A stretch of DNA of 64,000 nt from an uncultured bacterium. GTDB lineage: Bacteria > Patescibacteriota > JACMRA01. The notes beneath the pieces were generated by a model that was not told where the DNA came from, ran no database searches, and saw nothing but the letters and a program-made list of their open reading frames with translations. Position 1 is the stretch's first letter, and the number at the start of each line of letters is the position of its first letter. The stretch covers positions 832,001-896,000 of the forward strand of contig OY969926.1 in assembly GCA_963704645.1 (NCBI GenBank), written 5' to 3'. A program made the position numbers and the translations under genes. Positions 1-9,363 of the stretch are shown one piece after another.

Positions 1-620
1 TGTTTGTAAATTTTATGCTAGGTCACGGATGGAATGTGGCCAGTTGGGTTGCTTTGGCCAGCTCTGCTTTTAGTTTTGTTGTGTCCATTTTTGTTTCACT
101 TTTTGTAGCCTCAATTTTTAGATTAAATGGACTTGGTTCAGACGGATCTGTGTTTTTGGCATCGGTAGGGTTTACTACTCCCCAACTAACCGATCTATTT
201 TTAATAGGAACTTTTTTGGCTGTAACCGGTGCTTTAGACGATGTTACTTCTGCTCAAGCTGTTTCTATTAAAGAAATATCTTCAATGGGAAATGGAGCTA
301 GTTTTATAGAATTGTATAAGCATGGAACAAAAGTTGGGCAAGAACATTTGGTTTCTATGATTAACACCTTAATTTTGGCTTTTGTGGGTGCCTCACTACC
401 TACTTTCATGGTTCTTTATTTGCAAAATCAAACTAATATTTGGTTTTTATTAAGCAGGGAAGATGTTTTAGAAGAAATTGTGCGCTCTTTGCTGGCCAGC
501 TTCACTTTAGTTTTAGCAATTCCACTAACCACAGTTTTAGCCAGTTATGTATTTTCTAGGGCTAATAAAAACAAAAAGCAAGATGAATCCCAAGTTGCTT
601 CTACAAATCTATCTTTTTAA
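1..620 (+). CDS. YibE/F family membrane protein (5'-partial; frame is open to the window edge)
   Basis: Motifs GALDDV.SAQA, G..HL.SMINTLILAFVGASLP and EEIVRSL typical of YibE/F; multiple TM helices. Confidence 0.85.
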   Translation, partial: FVNFMLGHGWNVASWVALASSAFSFVVSIFVSLFVASIFRLNGLGSDGSVFLASVGFTTPQLTDLFLIGTFLAVTGALDDVTSAQAVSIKEISSMGNGASFIELYKHGTKVGQEHLVSMINTLILAFVGASLPTFMVLYLQNQTNIWFLLSREDVLEEIVRSLLASFTLVLAIPLTTVLASYVFSRANKNKKQDESQVASTNLSF

Positions 621-653
621 AACGTAGGACTACTAGTCTGTCACTGAATAAGT

Positions 654-672
654 TGACATATACAAGGGTGAC
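654..672 (+). repeat. Dispersed 19-mer TGACATATACAAGGGTGAC, copy 1
   Basis: Identical to 9215-9233; shares the AGGGTGAC end with family A. Confidence 0.75.
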
Positions 673-708
673 TTAACCCTCAGACACCTAAATAGTAATC
701 TAATCTAA

Positions 709-1887
709 TTACAGCAATTCCCAGTTTTGTTGATTATATTCAACTAGCTTAGTTTTTTGCTTCTTGGCAGTTTGTAAAATGTCTTGATAGGTTATCCAAA
801 ACTCTTGCACTTCTTCTAAGGGAATAAACTTTGTGTTATTGTTTTCCAACAAATCTAAAAACAAATTAGTGTGATCTAAATTATTATTTTTTTCTAAATT
901 AAAACTAAAATTGTGTTCTATGCCGTTAAAAGTTAAATTAGGGTTTGGGAAAATTGACCATACCAAATTTTCAACAGGTCCATATTCAACAATAATTTGA
1001 CTTTCTTTTCTACCAAGTTTTTTCCCTGAAATTATTGAAACTGGTATTTTGTTTTTCCCTAAAACTATACTTCCAGTTAGGCTGAAAAATGTATCTGTCT
1101 GGGAAGATTCCAAGTCTAGGTCGTGAAGATAACTATTGTATTGGCCGAATATAATTTTATTCCAATTGTAATTTATTTTGTTATTTGAATAGTTTGAATC
1201 TATAGGAATGTTTTGGAAAACAAGTTTGGCTAAGTTATGAACATGAGGCCACATGTCTTTTAAGGCCCCAATTGTGTTGTAATAACCACCTCTATTTTTT
1301 ACACCTTCTTCTTCAAGTAAATAAATTTTAATAAAACTAGGCTTAATGTCTTTTAAAAATTGCAAATTAGATTTATCGGCTTTGGTAAATATTGTGGAAG
1401 TTTTGTATAAATAATGATCAAAGAAATGAACTTGCTCTTCTAATTCGTTTTTTCTAATAATCTCACTTAATTGCTTAGCTTCCTGTAAATTTTGGCCAAA
1501 AGGCTTTTCAATTATAACATCTACTAACTTCCCTTTAATAGTTGAAATGTTTTCCAGAATAGGGTAATAAGCTATTGGTGGAAGAGCTAAATATATAACT
1601 AAACGCTCTAGGTCATCAACTTGCAGAAGTAAATTGGAAACAAAATCTGGTTGGTTGTAACTTGCTTGAATAAACTGTATATTATTAATTTTATGCTTGC
1701 CGCTTGGACTAGCTTGGTTTAGAACTTTATTTATTTCACTTAAGTCTGGTTCACTTCGTGAAACACCTATTAAATTTATTTGAACTTTATCTTCATAATT
1801 TTCGGCCAATTGGGCTAAAGCCGGCAAAATTTTTTTCTTAGCTAGGTCTCCGGTTATACCAACCAAAGCGAATTTCCATATTTCCAT
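709..1887 (-). CDS. zwf: Glucose-6-phosphate 1-dehydrogenase (short, divergent)
   Basis: GITGDLAKKK, YLALPP, IIEKPFG, DHYLYK, RGGYY...GALKDM motifs. Confidence 0.85.
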   Translation of the reverse strand: MEIWKFALVGITGDLAKKKILPALAQLAENYEDKVQINLIGVSRSEPDLSEINKVLNQASPSGKHKINNIQFIQASYNQPDFVSNLLLQVDDLERLVIYLALPPIAYYPILENISTIKGKLVDVIIEKPFGQNLQEAKQLSEIIRKNELEEQVHFFDHYLYKTSTIFTKADKSNLQFLKDIKPSFIKIYLLEEEGVKNRGGYYNTIGALKDMWPHVHNLAKLVFQNIPIDSNYSNNKINYNWNKIIFGQYNSYLHDLDLESSQTDTFFSLTGSIVLGKNKIPVSIISGKKLGRKESQIIVEYGPVENLVWSIFPNPNLTFNGIEHNFSFNLEKNNNLDHTNLFLDLLENNNTKFIPLEEVQEFWITYQDILQTAKKQKTKLVEYNQQNWELL

Positions 1888-2012
1888 AAATATTTTTAAG
1901 TAACAAATTAGTCTTCTAAAAATTGACTAGCTTGGCAAGGGGAATAGTGTAACACCCAAAATTTAACCAAAGAAAATTCCCTTGGGTTTAAGCAAGGGGC
2001 TGATATGTTTTA

Positions 2013-2543
2013 CTATTTGGTAAAAGTATCTGGTATATAAGGATCGGGTGGAAATTCCTTTAAATTATAGTTTGGTTCTTGCCGTAATGTACGAAAAATA
2101 GATAATTGTTGTCCAATTGATAAATCGTAGAAATAAATATACCTTCCTTCCTTAATTCTTTCTTTTACCTGCTTTGGTGTAAGTTTAATGTCTCTGGTAA
2201 CCCTGTTGGTGTTGGGTGCTACGCATAGTTCTGAACTTGCAACAGCTTGTGGAGCTGTAGAGCAAACTCTTATTAGGGTGTCTCCTTCAATTCCGCAAAT
2301 TACTCCTGGTGGTTGTTCCTGATTGCACAAAGGATCTTTTTTGGTGGCACCTTTCAAAAGTATAACCTCCTCTCTTTCGTTGAACGAACTTTCCGATCTG
2401 TTCTGTCTAACAAGTCCAGGCTCTTCTTTTACTTTTACGCTGGTTCTTGTTGTTACACGCTGCACCGGGCTGCACATTGCAATTAACCCAAAAACTAATA
2501 CAATAATGATAATATTTCCAAGACAGCCGAATAATCCTCTCAT
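2013..2543 (-). CDS. Orphan exported/lipoprotein-like hypothetical protein
   Basis: N-terminal hydrophobic helix ending LIAMC; four further Cys; AGGAGG SD upstream; terminator-like hairpin at ~1975-2000. Confidence 0.6.
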   Translation of the reverse strand: MRGLFGCLGNIIIIVLVFGLIAMCSPVQRVTTRTSVKVKEEPGLVRQNRSESSFNEREEVILLKGATKKDPLCNQEQPPGVICGIEGDTLIRVCSTAPQAVASSELCVAPNTNRVTRDIKLTPKQVKERIKEGRYIYFYDLSIGQQLSIFRTLRQEPNYNLKEFPPDPYIPDTFTK

Positions 2544-2689
2544 TGCTTCCTCCTTTTTGTTACAAAAATTTAACCAAGTTAACTTCTATTTTTTTTGGTA
2601 GAATGGCAAGGTTAAATTAAAAAGTGTTTATTTTAAACTAAATAGCTTGACAAAAAGGCTGTAAAATTCAACATTTGGTAAGTATTGTT

Positions 2690-2765
2690 GCCATCATAGC
2701 TCAGTCGGTAGAGCATTTCCATGGTAAGGAAAAGGTCATCGGTTCGAATCCGATTGATGGCTCCA
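2690..2765 (+). tRNA. tRNA-Thr(GGT)
   Basis: Cloverleaf GCCATCA..TGATGGC, anticodon arm TTTCC-ATGGTAA-GGAAA, TTCGAAT T-loop, encoded CCA; TTGACA upstream. Confidence 0.97.
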
Positions 2766-2775
2766 GAAATTTTAA

Positions 2776-2803
2776 GTTTCCCCCTCAAGGGAGATTTTTT
2801 ATT
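2776..2803 (+). terminator. Intrinsic terminator after tRNA-Thr
   Basis: TTTCCC-CTCAA-GGGAGA hairpin followed by a T tract. Confidence 0.65.
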
Positions 2804-2940
2804 TGGTAGAATGTTGTTATGTGTTTAATATTCGTGGTTTGCAAACACACCAAATCTATCCCTATGGTAGAGGGAGTTATTTTTAAATTCTGAAATGAGA
2901 TTTGGTGATGGGAAAATAAATTGTACTCATTTTAAATAAA

Positions 2941-2963
2941 TGGCGAGACGGGCCCGCCTCTAC
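2941..2963 (-). repeat. GTAG-type REP
   Basis: rc GTAGAGGCGGG-CCCGT-CTCGCCA; near-identical to 60028-60050. Confidence 0.75.
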
Positions 2964-2996
2964 AATAATTAAATTGTTACAACTGTGGCTCGTGAA

Positions 2997-3695
2997 TTAA
3001 ATTACATCTTCCACTCCGCCTATTACTATTACGAATTCACCTTTAAAAGTTATGTTTTTTACAACTAAACTTTCTACATTTCCACGCCAATAGGTTTCGT
3101 GTAGCTTAGAAATTTCTCTGGCAATAAAAATTAGGCGGTTAGGCGGAAGATGGGTTTTAATTTCTTCTATAGTTCGTTCCATACGGTGAACCGATTCAAA
3201 AATAACCGTTGCTGTTTGACTGTTAACAAGTTCTTTCCAAAAAGTTTGTCTGCCTTTTTTTATAGGAAGAAAGCCTTTGAAGCTCCAATCTTTAGTAATC
3301 ATACCAGAGGCTACAATGGTTGGAATTAAGCTGGTTGGTCCGGGCAGTACTGTAAATTTTAAATTATGCTCCCACATTTTTTGAATAATAAGCTTACCTG
3401 GGTCAGAAATTCCCGGAGTTCCAGCATCGCAAACCAAACCAACCATAAATTCGGGTTGATTGTCTTGTCGCATCTTCATCTCCTCAATAATTTCGTTAAT
3501 ATCTTTCCAGTTAATTTCCTGATTTCTACTTAATTGAACTAGCTTTTTTGGCTTCTCAATATCCAACAACTTTAACAATTGCCCAGTATGCCTTGGGTCT
3601 TCACAAATTAAAATTTCACAGGATTTAATAACATTAATAGCTCGCAAAGTTATGTCTTCAAGGTTGCCAATTGGTGTGGGAATTAAGTAGAGCAT
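2997..3695 (-). CDS. rsmI: 16S rRNA (cytidine1402-2'-O)-methyltransferase
   Basis: LYLIPTPIGNLEDITLRA, DAGTPGISDPG, FESVHR, AREISKLHE, KGEFV. Confidence 0.95.
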   Translation of the reverse strand: MLYLIPTPIGNLEDITLRAINVIKSCEILICEDPRHTGQLLKLLDIEKPKKLVQLSRNQEINWKDINEIIEEMKMRQDNQPEFMVGLVCDAGTPGISDPGKLIIQKMWEHNLKFTVLPGPTSLIPTIVASGMITKDWSFKGFLPIKKGRQTFWKELVNSQTATVIFESVHRMERTIEEIKTHLPPNRLIFIAREISKLHETYWRGNVESLVVKNITFKGEFVIVIGGVEDVI

Positions 3696-3799
3696 AGGCT
3701 AAAATTATGAATACTTTAATTAATTATATATTATTAAACTGGGTCAATGGCAATAAAAAAACTAGCTCTGGGCTGGTTGGTGTGAGTTTTAAACATTAT

Positions 3800-4090
3800 T
3801 TAATCGATATAAACAATATCAGAAACTTTAGGAAAGTCTAATTCTATGCGGTTTCTTTGACTTAAAGCTAATTGACACATATTAGCCAAACTACTAAGAT
3901 CCTCATTTTCTAGGTGGATGCAGAAAGTAAAGGCACAGTCTAATAAAACCTCCCAAGAATGATCTGTTCTCCCTGATAATCTAAAACTACTTACTGCAAC
4001 TTGACCTTCAAGAAGTGAAAACAGTGATAGTATGTTTCTAGAGACTTCTTCAGGTACTTGATACAAAACAGCCGAATCATTTTTATTCAT
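3800..4090 (-). CDS. Orphan hypothetical protein (96 aa)
   Basis: ORF with own TTGACT box (~4148-4153) and terminator hairpin/T tract at ~3752-3780. Confidence 0.55.
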   Translation of the reverse strand: MNKNDSAVLYQVPEEVSRNILSLFSLLEGQVAVSSFRLSGRTDHSWEVLLDCAFTFCIHLENEDLSSLANMCQLALSQRNRIELDFPKVSDIVYID

Positions 4091-4264
4091 ATTTTGATCT
4101 TAAATGTACTCAAAGAATAATCTCTGTATGGCACACAAAATATGTAAAGTCAATTACTGTTGAATCTTCTCAATCTGGTCTTTCAGTCTTTTGTTTTAAT
4201 TTAGGATCTTGCTTTTTTCTTAATTATGTGATTATACTTAGTACGTAGAAGCATAGGGTAGGTT

Positions 4265-4600
4265 ATGGACTTATATTGTCTTCGGAAAAATGTAGATAAA
4301 TCTATAAGAGTAGATATTACTGGAAAATTGGTAGATACTTCATCTGATTCGGTGCTTAAGGATAGTGAGACATATTTAACCTCAACTTTCGCACTAAAAG
4401 TAAAACAGGTGACAGATTTTCCAGACCACAGTCTTGTCACTGTAGTTCCAGATACTATTACTCTTTACAGAGCTGATAGTCATGAGCGACTGGATGTTGT
4501 TGTAACTGATATAATTGTCCGTAATAAAATTAGTTATCTACTAGCTAGTACTAGTGACGGTGCTGAAAAAATGCTTCAACTGAAAGGTGGCGAGGTATAA
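4265..4600 (+). CDS. Orphan hypothetical protein (111 aa, beta-rich)
   Basis: ORF with purine-rich SD-like AGGGTAGG and terminator at 4630-4656. Confidence 0.55.
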   Translation: MDLYCLRKNVDKSIRVDITGKLVDTSSDSVLKDSETYLTSTFALKVKQVTDFPDHSLVTVVPDTITLYRADSHERLDVVVTDIIVRNKISYLLASTSDGAEKMLQLKGGEV

Positions 4601-4629
4601 ACCTAAAGTTACAAATCTAATAGTAAATT

Positions 4630-4656
4630 AAGCTTTCCAAACAGAAGGCTTTTTTC
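4630..4656 (+). terminator. Intrinsic terminator
   Basis: AAGCTTTC-CAAACA-GAAGGCTT plus T tract. Confidence 0.65.
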
Positions 4657-4803
4657 TTGCTAAAAAATATGACACTAAATTTTGTTGTACTAACCTATTT
4701 TCTCAAAATAAACTTGTTTAAAAAGTATAGAGTTCACCAATAAAATAATTTTAATGTGTCTACAAAACTGTCACATGAGCTAAACTTTTTAAGGTAAAAT
4801 CTC

Positions 4804-6615
4804 CTAAACTTTCTCAATCTGGTCTTTAAGCTCTAACCAAACAATTTCGGCATCGGCTAATTTGGCTTTTGTTACATCGTCGTCTTGGCCTTCATCAATT
4901 AGGTTTTGTAAATTCTGCATTTTTCTTTCGGCTTTTTGAAGTTCTTTGTTTAGTTCAAACAATTTTTTTCTAGCTTCCTTGCTTAAATTTCCTCCTGAAC
5001 TAGCTGACCCACTTCCATTTTCAGAAGATCCTGAAACATTTGTACCATTTCCTCCTGCCCCAGATATATCAAATTTAGCTGTGGAAATTTCTTCCTTTTT
5101 GTTATTGCTATTTTCTAAATCGGCGGCTTGTTCTAAATTCCAAACGTAATCTTGGTAACTTCCCAAAATTCTTTTCAGCCCTCCGTCTTTAATTTCAATT
5201 ATTTCGTTGGCAATTAAACTTACAAAAGTACGGTTGTGGCTAATTACGAAAACAGTTCCATTAAATGCTCCAAGAGCCGCACCAAGTGCTTCTACAGTTT
5301 CAAAATCAAGGTGGTTAGTAGGTTCGTCTAACAAATAAACGTCGGCTTTTCCTAAAAATATTCCTGCTAAACAAAGTCTGGCTTTTTCACCTCCACTTAA
5401 AACCGAAACTGTTTTGTCATAATCGTTTCTGGTAAATAAGAAGTTGCCTAAAATACGGTAAACTTCGTCCATACTTGCATTTCCTTCGGCGGCTCTGGAG
5501 GCAAAAGCAAAAATTGTATCTTCTGGCTTTAATCCTTCGCTTACATGTTGGTTATAAAAACCTAGTTTCAAACCCTTCTTCCAAGCAACTTGGCCTTTAA
5601 CAGCAGGAATTTCACCCATAATCGTTTTCATGAAAGTACTTTTTCCTTGTCCGTTGTCTCCTAAAATAGCAGTTTTTTTGCCACGCTCTACACGTAAATC
5701 TATATTTTTAACAATGGTTTTATTTGGGTACCCAATATCCATTTGTAAGCATTCCATCGCGTCTCCTTGCTTATTTTCTACAGCAGGAATATGCATTTTT
5801 ACTGTGCTAAAAGCGGTAGCAATTCCAATCTTTTTAGTGTCCAATTTATCTATTAAACGCATTTTAGACTGGGCCGATTTGGCTTTGCTGGCTTTAGCAC
5901 CAAATTTATCAACGAAAGTTTGTAGCTGCTTTTGCTTCTTCTCAATGTTTTCATTTACACTTTTAGCCAGTTCTTCTTGTTCCTGTTTAAATTCTAAATA
6001 TTCTTCCAAGCCTTCGTTATGTAAAAATAGTTGCCCGTTACCAACATCCAACGTAGAGTTACAAGTTTTCTTAATAAATTCACGGTCGTGGGTTATAACC
6101 ATTACTGTTCCTTTAAAGTCTAGCAAAAACTTTTCCAGCAAAATTAAAGTTGATAAATCTAAATAGTTAGTAGGCTCGTCCAACAAAAGTAAATTAGGTT
6201 CAAAAAGCAGGGTAGCTGTTAATTTAACTCTCATCTGAAAACCTCCAGACAAACTAGTTACTTTCATTTCCAATTTCTCATTTTTTAATTGGAATTTGCT
6301 AGCTACTTTGGCACATTCCCAGCTCGGTTTTTTGGTGTAACGCTCTAAAAACTCAATTACAGTTTCACCTTCTAAAAATGGATCATTTTGTTCAATATAG
6401 CCCAAACGCATGTAAGGAAAATGTTGAATTTCACCTAAATCTGGTTCGTCCAAACCCATAATCATTTTAAAAAGGGTGGTTTTACCAGCTCCATTTCTTC
6501 CCACAACTCCAATTTTCTGGTTTTCACTAACAACTAGGTTGGCTTCGGTGAATATTTTCTTTACTCCAAAAGATTTGGAAAGGTCTTTAATTTGCAACAA
6601 CGGACGATTAGCCAT
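4804..6615 (-). CDS. ABC-F family ATPase (ribosome-associated, Uup/YheS-like)
   Basis: Two ABC cassettes (GRNGAGKT, LSGG, LLDEPTNYLD; GDNGQGKS, LSGGE, LDEPTNHLD), no TM segments, C-terminal coiled coil. Confidence 0.93.
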   Translation of the reverse strand: MANRPLLQIKDLSKSFGVKKIFTEANLVVSENQKIGVVGRNGAGKTTLFKMIMGLDEPDLGEIQHFPYMRLGYIEQNDPFLEGETVIEFLERYTKKPSWECAKVASKFQLKNEKLEMKVTSLSGGFQMRVKLTATLLFEPNLLLLDEPTNYLDLSTLILLEKFLLDFKGTVMVITHDREFIKKTCNSTLDVGNGQLFLHNEGLEEYLEFKQEQEELAKSVNENIEKKQKQLQTFVDKFGAKASKAKSAQSKMRLIDKLDTKKIGIATAFSTVKMHIPAVENKQGDAMECLQMDIGYPNKTIVKNIDLRVERGKKTAILGDNGQGKSTFMKTIMGEIPAVKGQVAWKKGLKLGFYNQHVSEGLKPEDTIFAFASRAAEGNASMDEVYRILGNFLFTRNDYDKTVSVLSGGEKARLCLAGIFLGKADVYLLDEPTNHLDFETVEALGAALGAFNGTVFVISHNRTFVSLIANEIIEIKDGGLKRILGSYQDYVWNLEQAADLENSNNKKEEISTAKFDISGAGGNGTNVSGSSENGSGSASSGGNLSKEARKKLFELNKELQKAERKMQNLQNLIDEGQDDDVTKAKLADAEIVWLELKDQIEKV

Positions 6616-6774
6616 AATTATTTGAATGTATTTATAGGTTGTGTTTTAGTCAAAGTTGAGGGGTTTGGTAGTTTTTGGGTATGAAAATAGAGGCTTATTG
6701 GGCCTCCAGAATTTTTAGTCAAAATTAAAAGGTTGAGCGATGAAATATATTTTAGTTTTCTAGTTGCTAGTAAT

Positions 6775-7020
6775 CTAATTAAAAAGTCGCCTTAGATTAT
6801 AAGCCATAAGAGGCCAGCCGTTTAAAACTGACTGATGAATTTCATCTACCTTTTTTTTAAAATGTAGTGGCATTTCTTCGTAACTATATCTCTCATAATC
6901 CAGAGGGTCATTTTGGATTATATGCCAGTCCAACTTTCCTTCATCGTAAAACAAAGCATACTCATAAACATTGTCTTTTTTTGTTATAGTTTCCCCATTT
7001 ATGGTAACTAAATAAAGCAT
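6775..7020 (-). CDS. Orphan hypothetical protein (81 aa; start moved to ATG 7020)
   Basis: GGAG SD before ATG 7020; the ORF-track TTG at 7083 is part of a TTGCCA -35 box; terminator GAGGC..GCCTC at ~6689-6708. Confidence 0.5.
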   Translation of the reverse strand: MLYLVTINGETITKKDNVYEYALFYDEGKLDWHIIQNDPLDYERYSYEEMPLHFKKKVDEIHQSVLNGWPLMAYNLRRLFN

Positions 7021-7288
7021 TGTTTTTTCTCCAAAACTGTAACTCAATATTTCTAATAATACATAGTTGCAACCATTTGGCAAGTGTGTTTTTTAGAGAA
7101 AGCTTTTAACATTTAGCCTAAAACTTCTACTATGCCAAGACAAACTACTGTTCGCATATTTATACAAATAATATCAAAAATCTTTTATTCTGTAGGCTAA
7201 ACTGTTCACTGTATATTTTTAACACAAACGCTTTTCCAAAAAATACAACTTTATTGGATGTTTATAAATGTAGTTTTTACATGTAATT

Positions 7289-7687
7289 ATGCCTACTAAT
7301 TATGGCGAAGGAAGCTCGTTGTTTATGTATTTTCAAGATTACACTACTAATCAACTTGGTTTCTCAATAGGTTTATCTACCAATTTAGTATCTCCCGCAG
7401 CTTACGCAAGTTTGTATTCAGACGAAACACTTCAAATTTGTAACAACGAAATGGAGGATTTGGCTTTTCACACCAGAATTATTTTGGGCAGGGAAGCAAT
7501 TTTCTTTAGATTTGTTGAGGGCAGCTATGCTACAATTGGAGACATGATGAGTAAAGTGATACAGCTGAATAATTTCTTAAAAATGCAAGATGTGTCGGTG
7601 GTTCATCAGTTTTTTGCTGAAGAGAAATTTGTACAACAACTTATGCAATATTTTCCAAGCAGTTTTGAATTTCATTTTCAGTTTTGA
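7289..7687 (+). CDS. Orphan hypothetical protein (132 aa)
   Basis: ORF track; no recognisable motif; TGA stop. Confidence 0.5.
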   Translation: MPTNYGEGSSLFMYFQDYTTNQLGFSIGLSTNLVSPAAYASLYSDETLQICNNEMEDLAFHTRIILGREAIFFRFVEGSYATIGDMMSKVIQLNNFLKMQDVSVVHQFFAEEKFVQQLMQYFPSSFEFHFQF

Positions 7688-7796
7688 TTCTTATTCCAAA
7701 AGAAAATTGATCTTTAATTTTTGGTGAAACTTTGACATTTGGTCTAAACTTTAACTTCATTGGAGTGTACGGTTTAGTTTTAAATGTGAGGAGTAT

Positions 7797-7862
7797 ATGG
7801 CAGTAGGTTTTTTAATTTTGCTATGTATGGCTGGGCTTATTCTAGTTGGATTTATAGGGTAG
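7797..7862 (+). CDS. Small hydrophobic peptide MAVGFLILLCMAGLILVGFIG (21 aa)
   Basis: GAGGAG SD shortly upstream, TTGACA at 7732, terminator at 7906-7928; absent from the ORF track. Confidence 0.55.
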   Translation: MAVGFLILLCMAGLILVGFIG

Positions 7863-7905
7863 CCGTTTATTGATTAGCTCGATTTGTTGTATAAACAAAT
7901 ATTAT

Positions 7906-7928
7906 AAGAGTCTTATAGACTCTTTTTT
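7906..7928 (+). terminator. Intrinsic terminator
   Basis: AAGAGTC-TTATA-GACTCTT plus T tract. Confidence 0.7.
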
Positions 7929-8058
7929 CTTTGGGCGAAATTCAAACTAAATTATGTTTTAAACAGTAATGTTAGCAGTATAATTTTTTGAAGCTATTGC
8001 CTAAAACCAAAAAAAATGTTGAGTTGAAACAGTTAGTAGATTTATTACAGGAGGAATT

Positions 8059-8394
8059 ATGAATTGGGGTCAATTGTTAAACAATAGTATATCTTGGCTA
8101 GAAGAACTTTTTCTCAAGCAATTGGGTTGGAGTTGTTTTATAGTTGGTTTTACTGTTCTGATTGTATGTTTGGCCTTTTCTAACATACCAAAAAATACAG
8201 CGATGATTTTAAGGCCTGCAATTTTTGTAGGGGCCGTTGCCATATGCTACGAATGGGGTCTTAAGTATATAGGCTATGCAACAAGATTTCCAGTGATGTT
8301 TTTAATAGTATTTTTAGCACTGCTAAATGTTTATCAAAGCATATTCACTAATTATCCAAAAAAAACTCAACAAGTTGGCGGAGGCAAAGGTTAA
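8059..8394 (+). CDS. Orphan 3-TM membrane protein
   Basis: Three hydrophobic helices; AGGAGG SD; terminator at 8410-8434. Confidence 0.65.
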   Translation: MNWGQLLNNSISWLEELFLKQLGWSCFIVGFTVLIVCLAFSNIPKNTAMILRPAIFVGAVAICYEWGLKYIGYATRFPVMFLIVFLALLNVYQSIFTNYPKKTQQVGGGKG

Positions 8395-8409
8395 AAAACT
8401 GTGAATTTT

Positions 8410-8434
8410 GGCTATTTTATATAGCCTTTTTTTT
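8410..8434 (+). terminator. Intrinsic terminator
   Basis: GGCTAT-TTTAT-ATAGCC plus T8. Confidence 0.7.
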
Positions 8435-8479
8435 ATGGGTAAATGTTTTACTAGAAAGCAATAAAATTTTTAAATAAAA

Positions 8480-8554
8480 TGGTCGGGATGCAGGGAATTG
8501 AACCCTGTACCTCATGCACCCCATGCATGCGCTCCACCGGTAAGCCACACCCCG
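8480..8554 (-). tRNA. tRNA-Pro(GGG)
   Basis: Reverse complement CGGGGTG...CATCCCG-A-CCA; anticodon arm CATGC-ATGGGGT-GCATG; TTCAATT T-loop. Confidence 0.95.
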
Positions 8555-8598
8555 ATATAAAAATTACAGTGAATTTGAATTAGTTTGGCAAGGCACAG

Positions 8599-9135
8599 CT
8601 AAATTTTTTCCCAGAAACCTGCCGTTACTTCTAATGGTCCTTCCGGGTCTCCAGCTAGGCAAACTTCGCATACAGGAAAAACTTGTCCGGCTGAAAAAGT
8701 TTCAATATAGCCACAATCCATGCACAAATATTCTCCGCTTTCTGCAACAATTTGACCCCACGCCCAATAACCATCTTTGTCTGTGTCGGTTTTATTATAG
8801 TTAAGCTCAAAAGTGTTGGAAACTTCAAGCCAATTATACTTCTTTTCTGGTTTAAGTTTGTGGGTTAAATATTTTGGAACTCCGTTTTCTATGTTCAACC
8901 AAATAATTGCCTCATCTAAAGTTTTGCGGTCTTTTAAATCTTTAATTTGTTGGAAAAACTCTCTCCACTCTGGTAAAATATCGTCTTGCAAATTGTGCCA
9001 ATAACTTCCAAAAGTAGAAGATATAGTGGTTTTAGAAACAAATTCTTGTTGGGTTTTGTAAAACTCACTGTTAAAATCTGATAGGTAAATTACATTTAAT
9101 CCGTCTTTTAATTCAGATAAAGTGGCCAAAGTCAT
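8599..9135 (-). CDS. Hypothetical protein with C-terminal zinc-ribbon/rubredoxin-like domain
   Basis: GEYLCMDCG...FPVCEVC (two CxxC); TTGACA-N17-TAAAAT promoter 6 nt before ATG. Confidence 0.7.
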   Translation of the reverse strand: MTLATLSELKDGLNVIYLSDFNSEFYKTQQEFVSKTTISSTFGSYWHNLQDDILPEWREFFQQIKDLKDRKTLDEAIIWLNIENGVPKYLTHKLKPEKKYNWLEVSNTFELNYNKTDTDKDGYWAWGQIVAESGEYLCMDCGYIETFSAGQVFPVCEVCLAGDPEGPLEVTAGFWEKI

Positions 9136-9214
9136 AAGCCTATTTTAGTTGTCTACATTGGCTTTGTCAAGACTGAATGACCGTTTTGTTTAGTTTCAAC
9201 GTAATTACTATTTA

Positions 9215-9233
9215 TGACATATACAAGGGTGAC
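9215..9233 (+). repeat. Dispersed 19-mer TGACATATACAAGGGTGAC, copy 2
   Basis: Identical to 654-672. Confidence 0.75.
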
Positions 9234-9363
9234 AGGCTGGATAGCTCGCGGTTTGTAGGTATGACATGTTTACGACCACTAATATACTGAGACTCCACTA
9301 TATGCTTACAAAGTAATAAGCCGATTCCTTGACTTCACAAATATATTCAACCAGAAACTTGTC

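Noticed and set aside
5630-6166. 178-aa antisense ORF in ABC-F, 228-aa antisense ORF in uvrA (57936-58622) and other nested ORFs
   Set aside because: Shadow frames of conserved genes, with no motifs or expression signals
3750-8440. Classical integron cassette array
   Set aside because: No attC (RYYYAAC...GTTRRRY) structures recognised, mixed ORF orientations, and no IntI-type integrase
6620-8554. tRNA-Pro-anchored integrative element with attL/attR
   Set aside because: No duplicated tRNA 3' end and no integrase found
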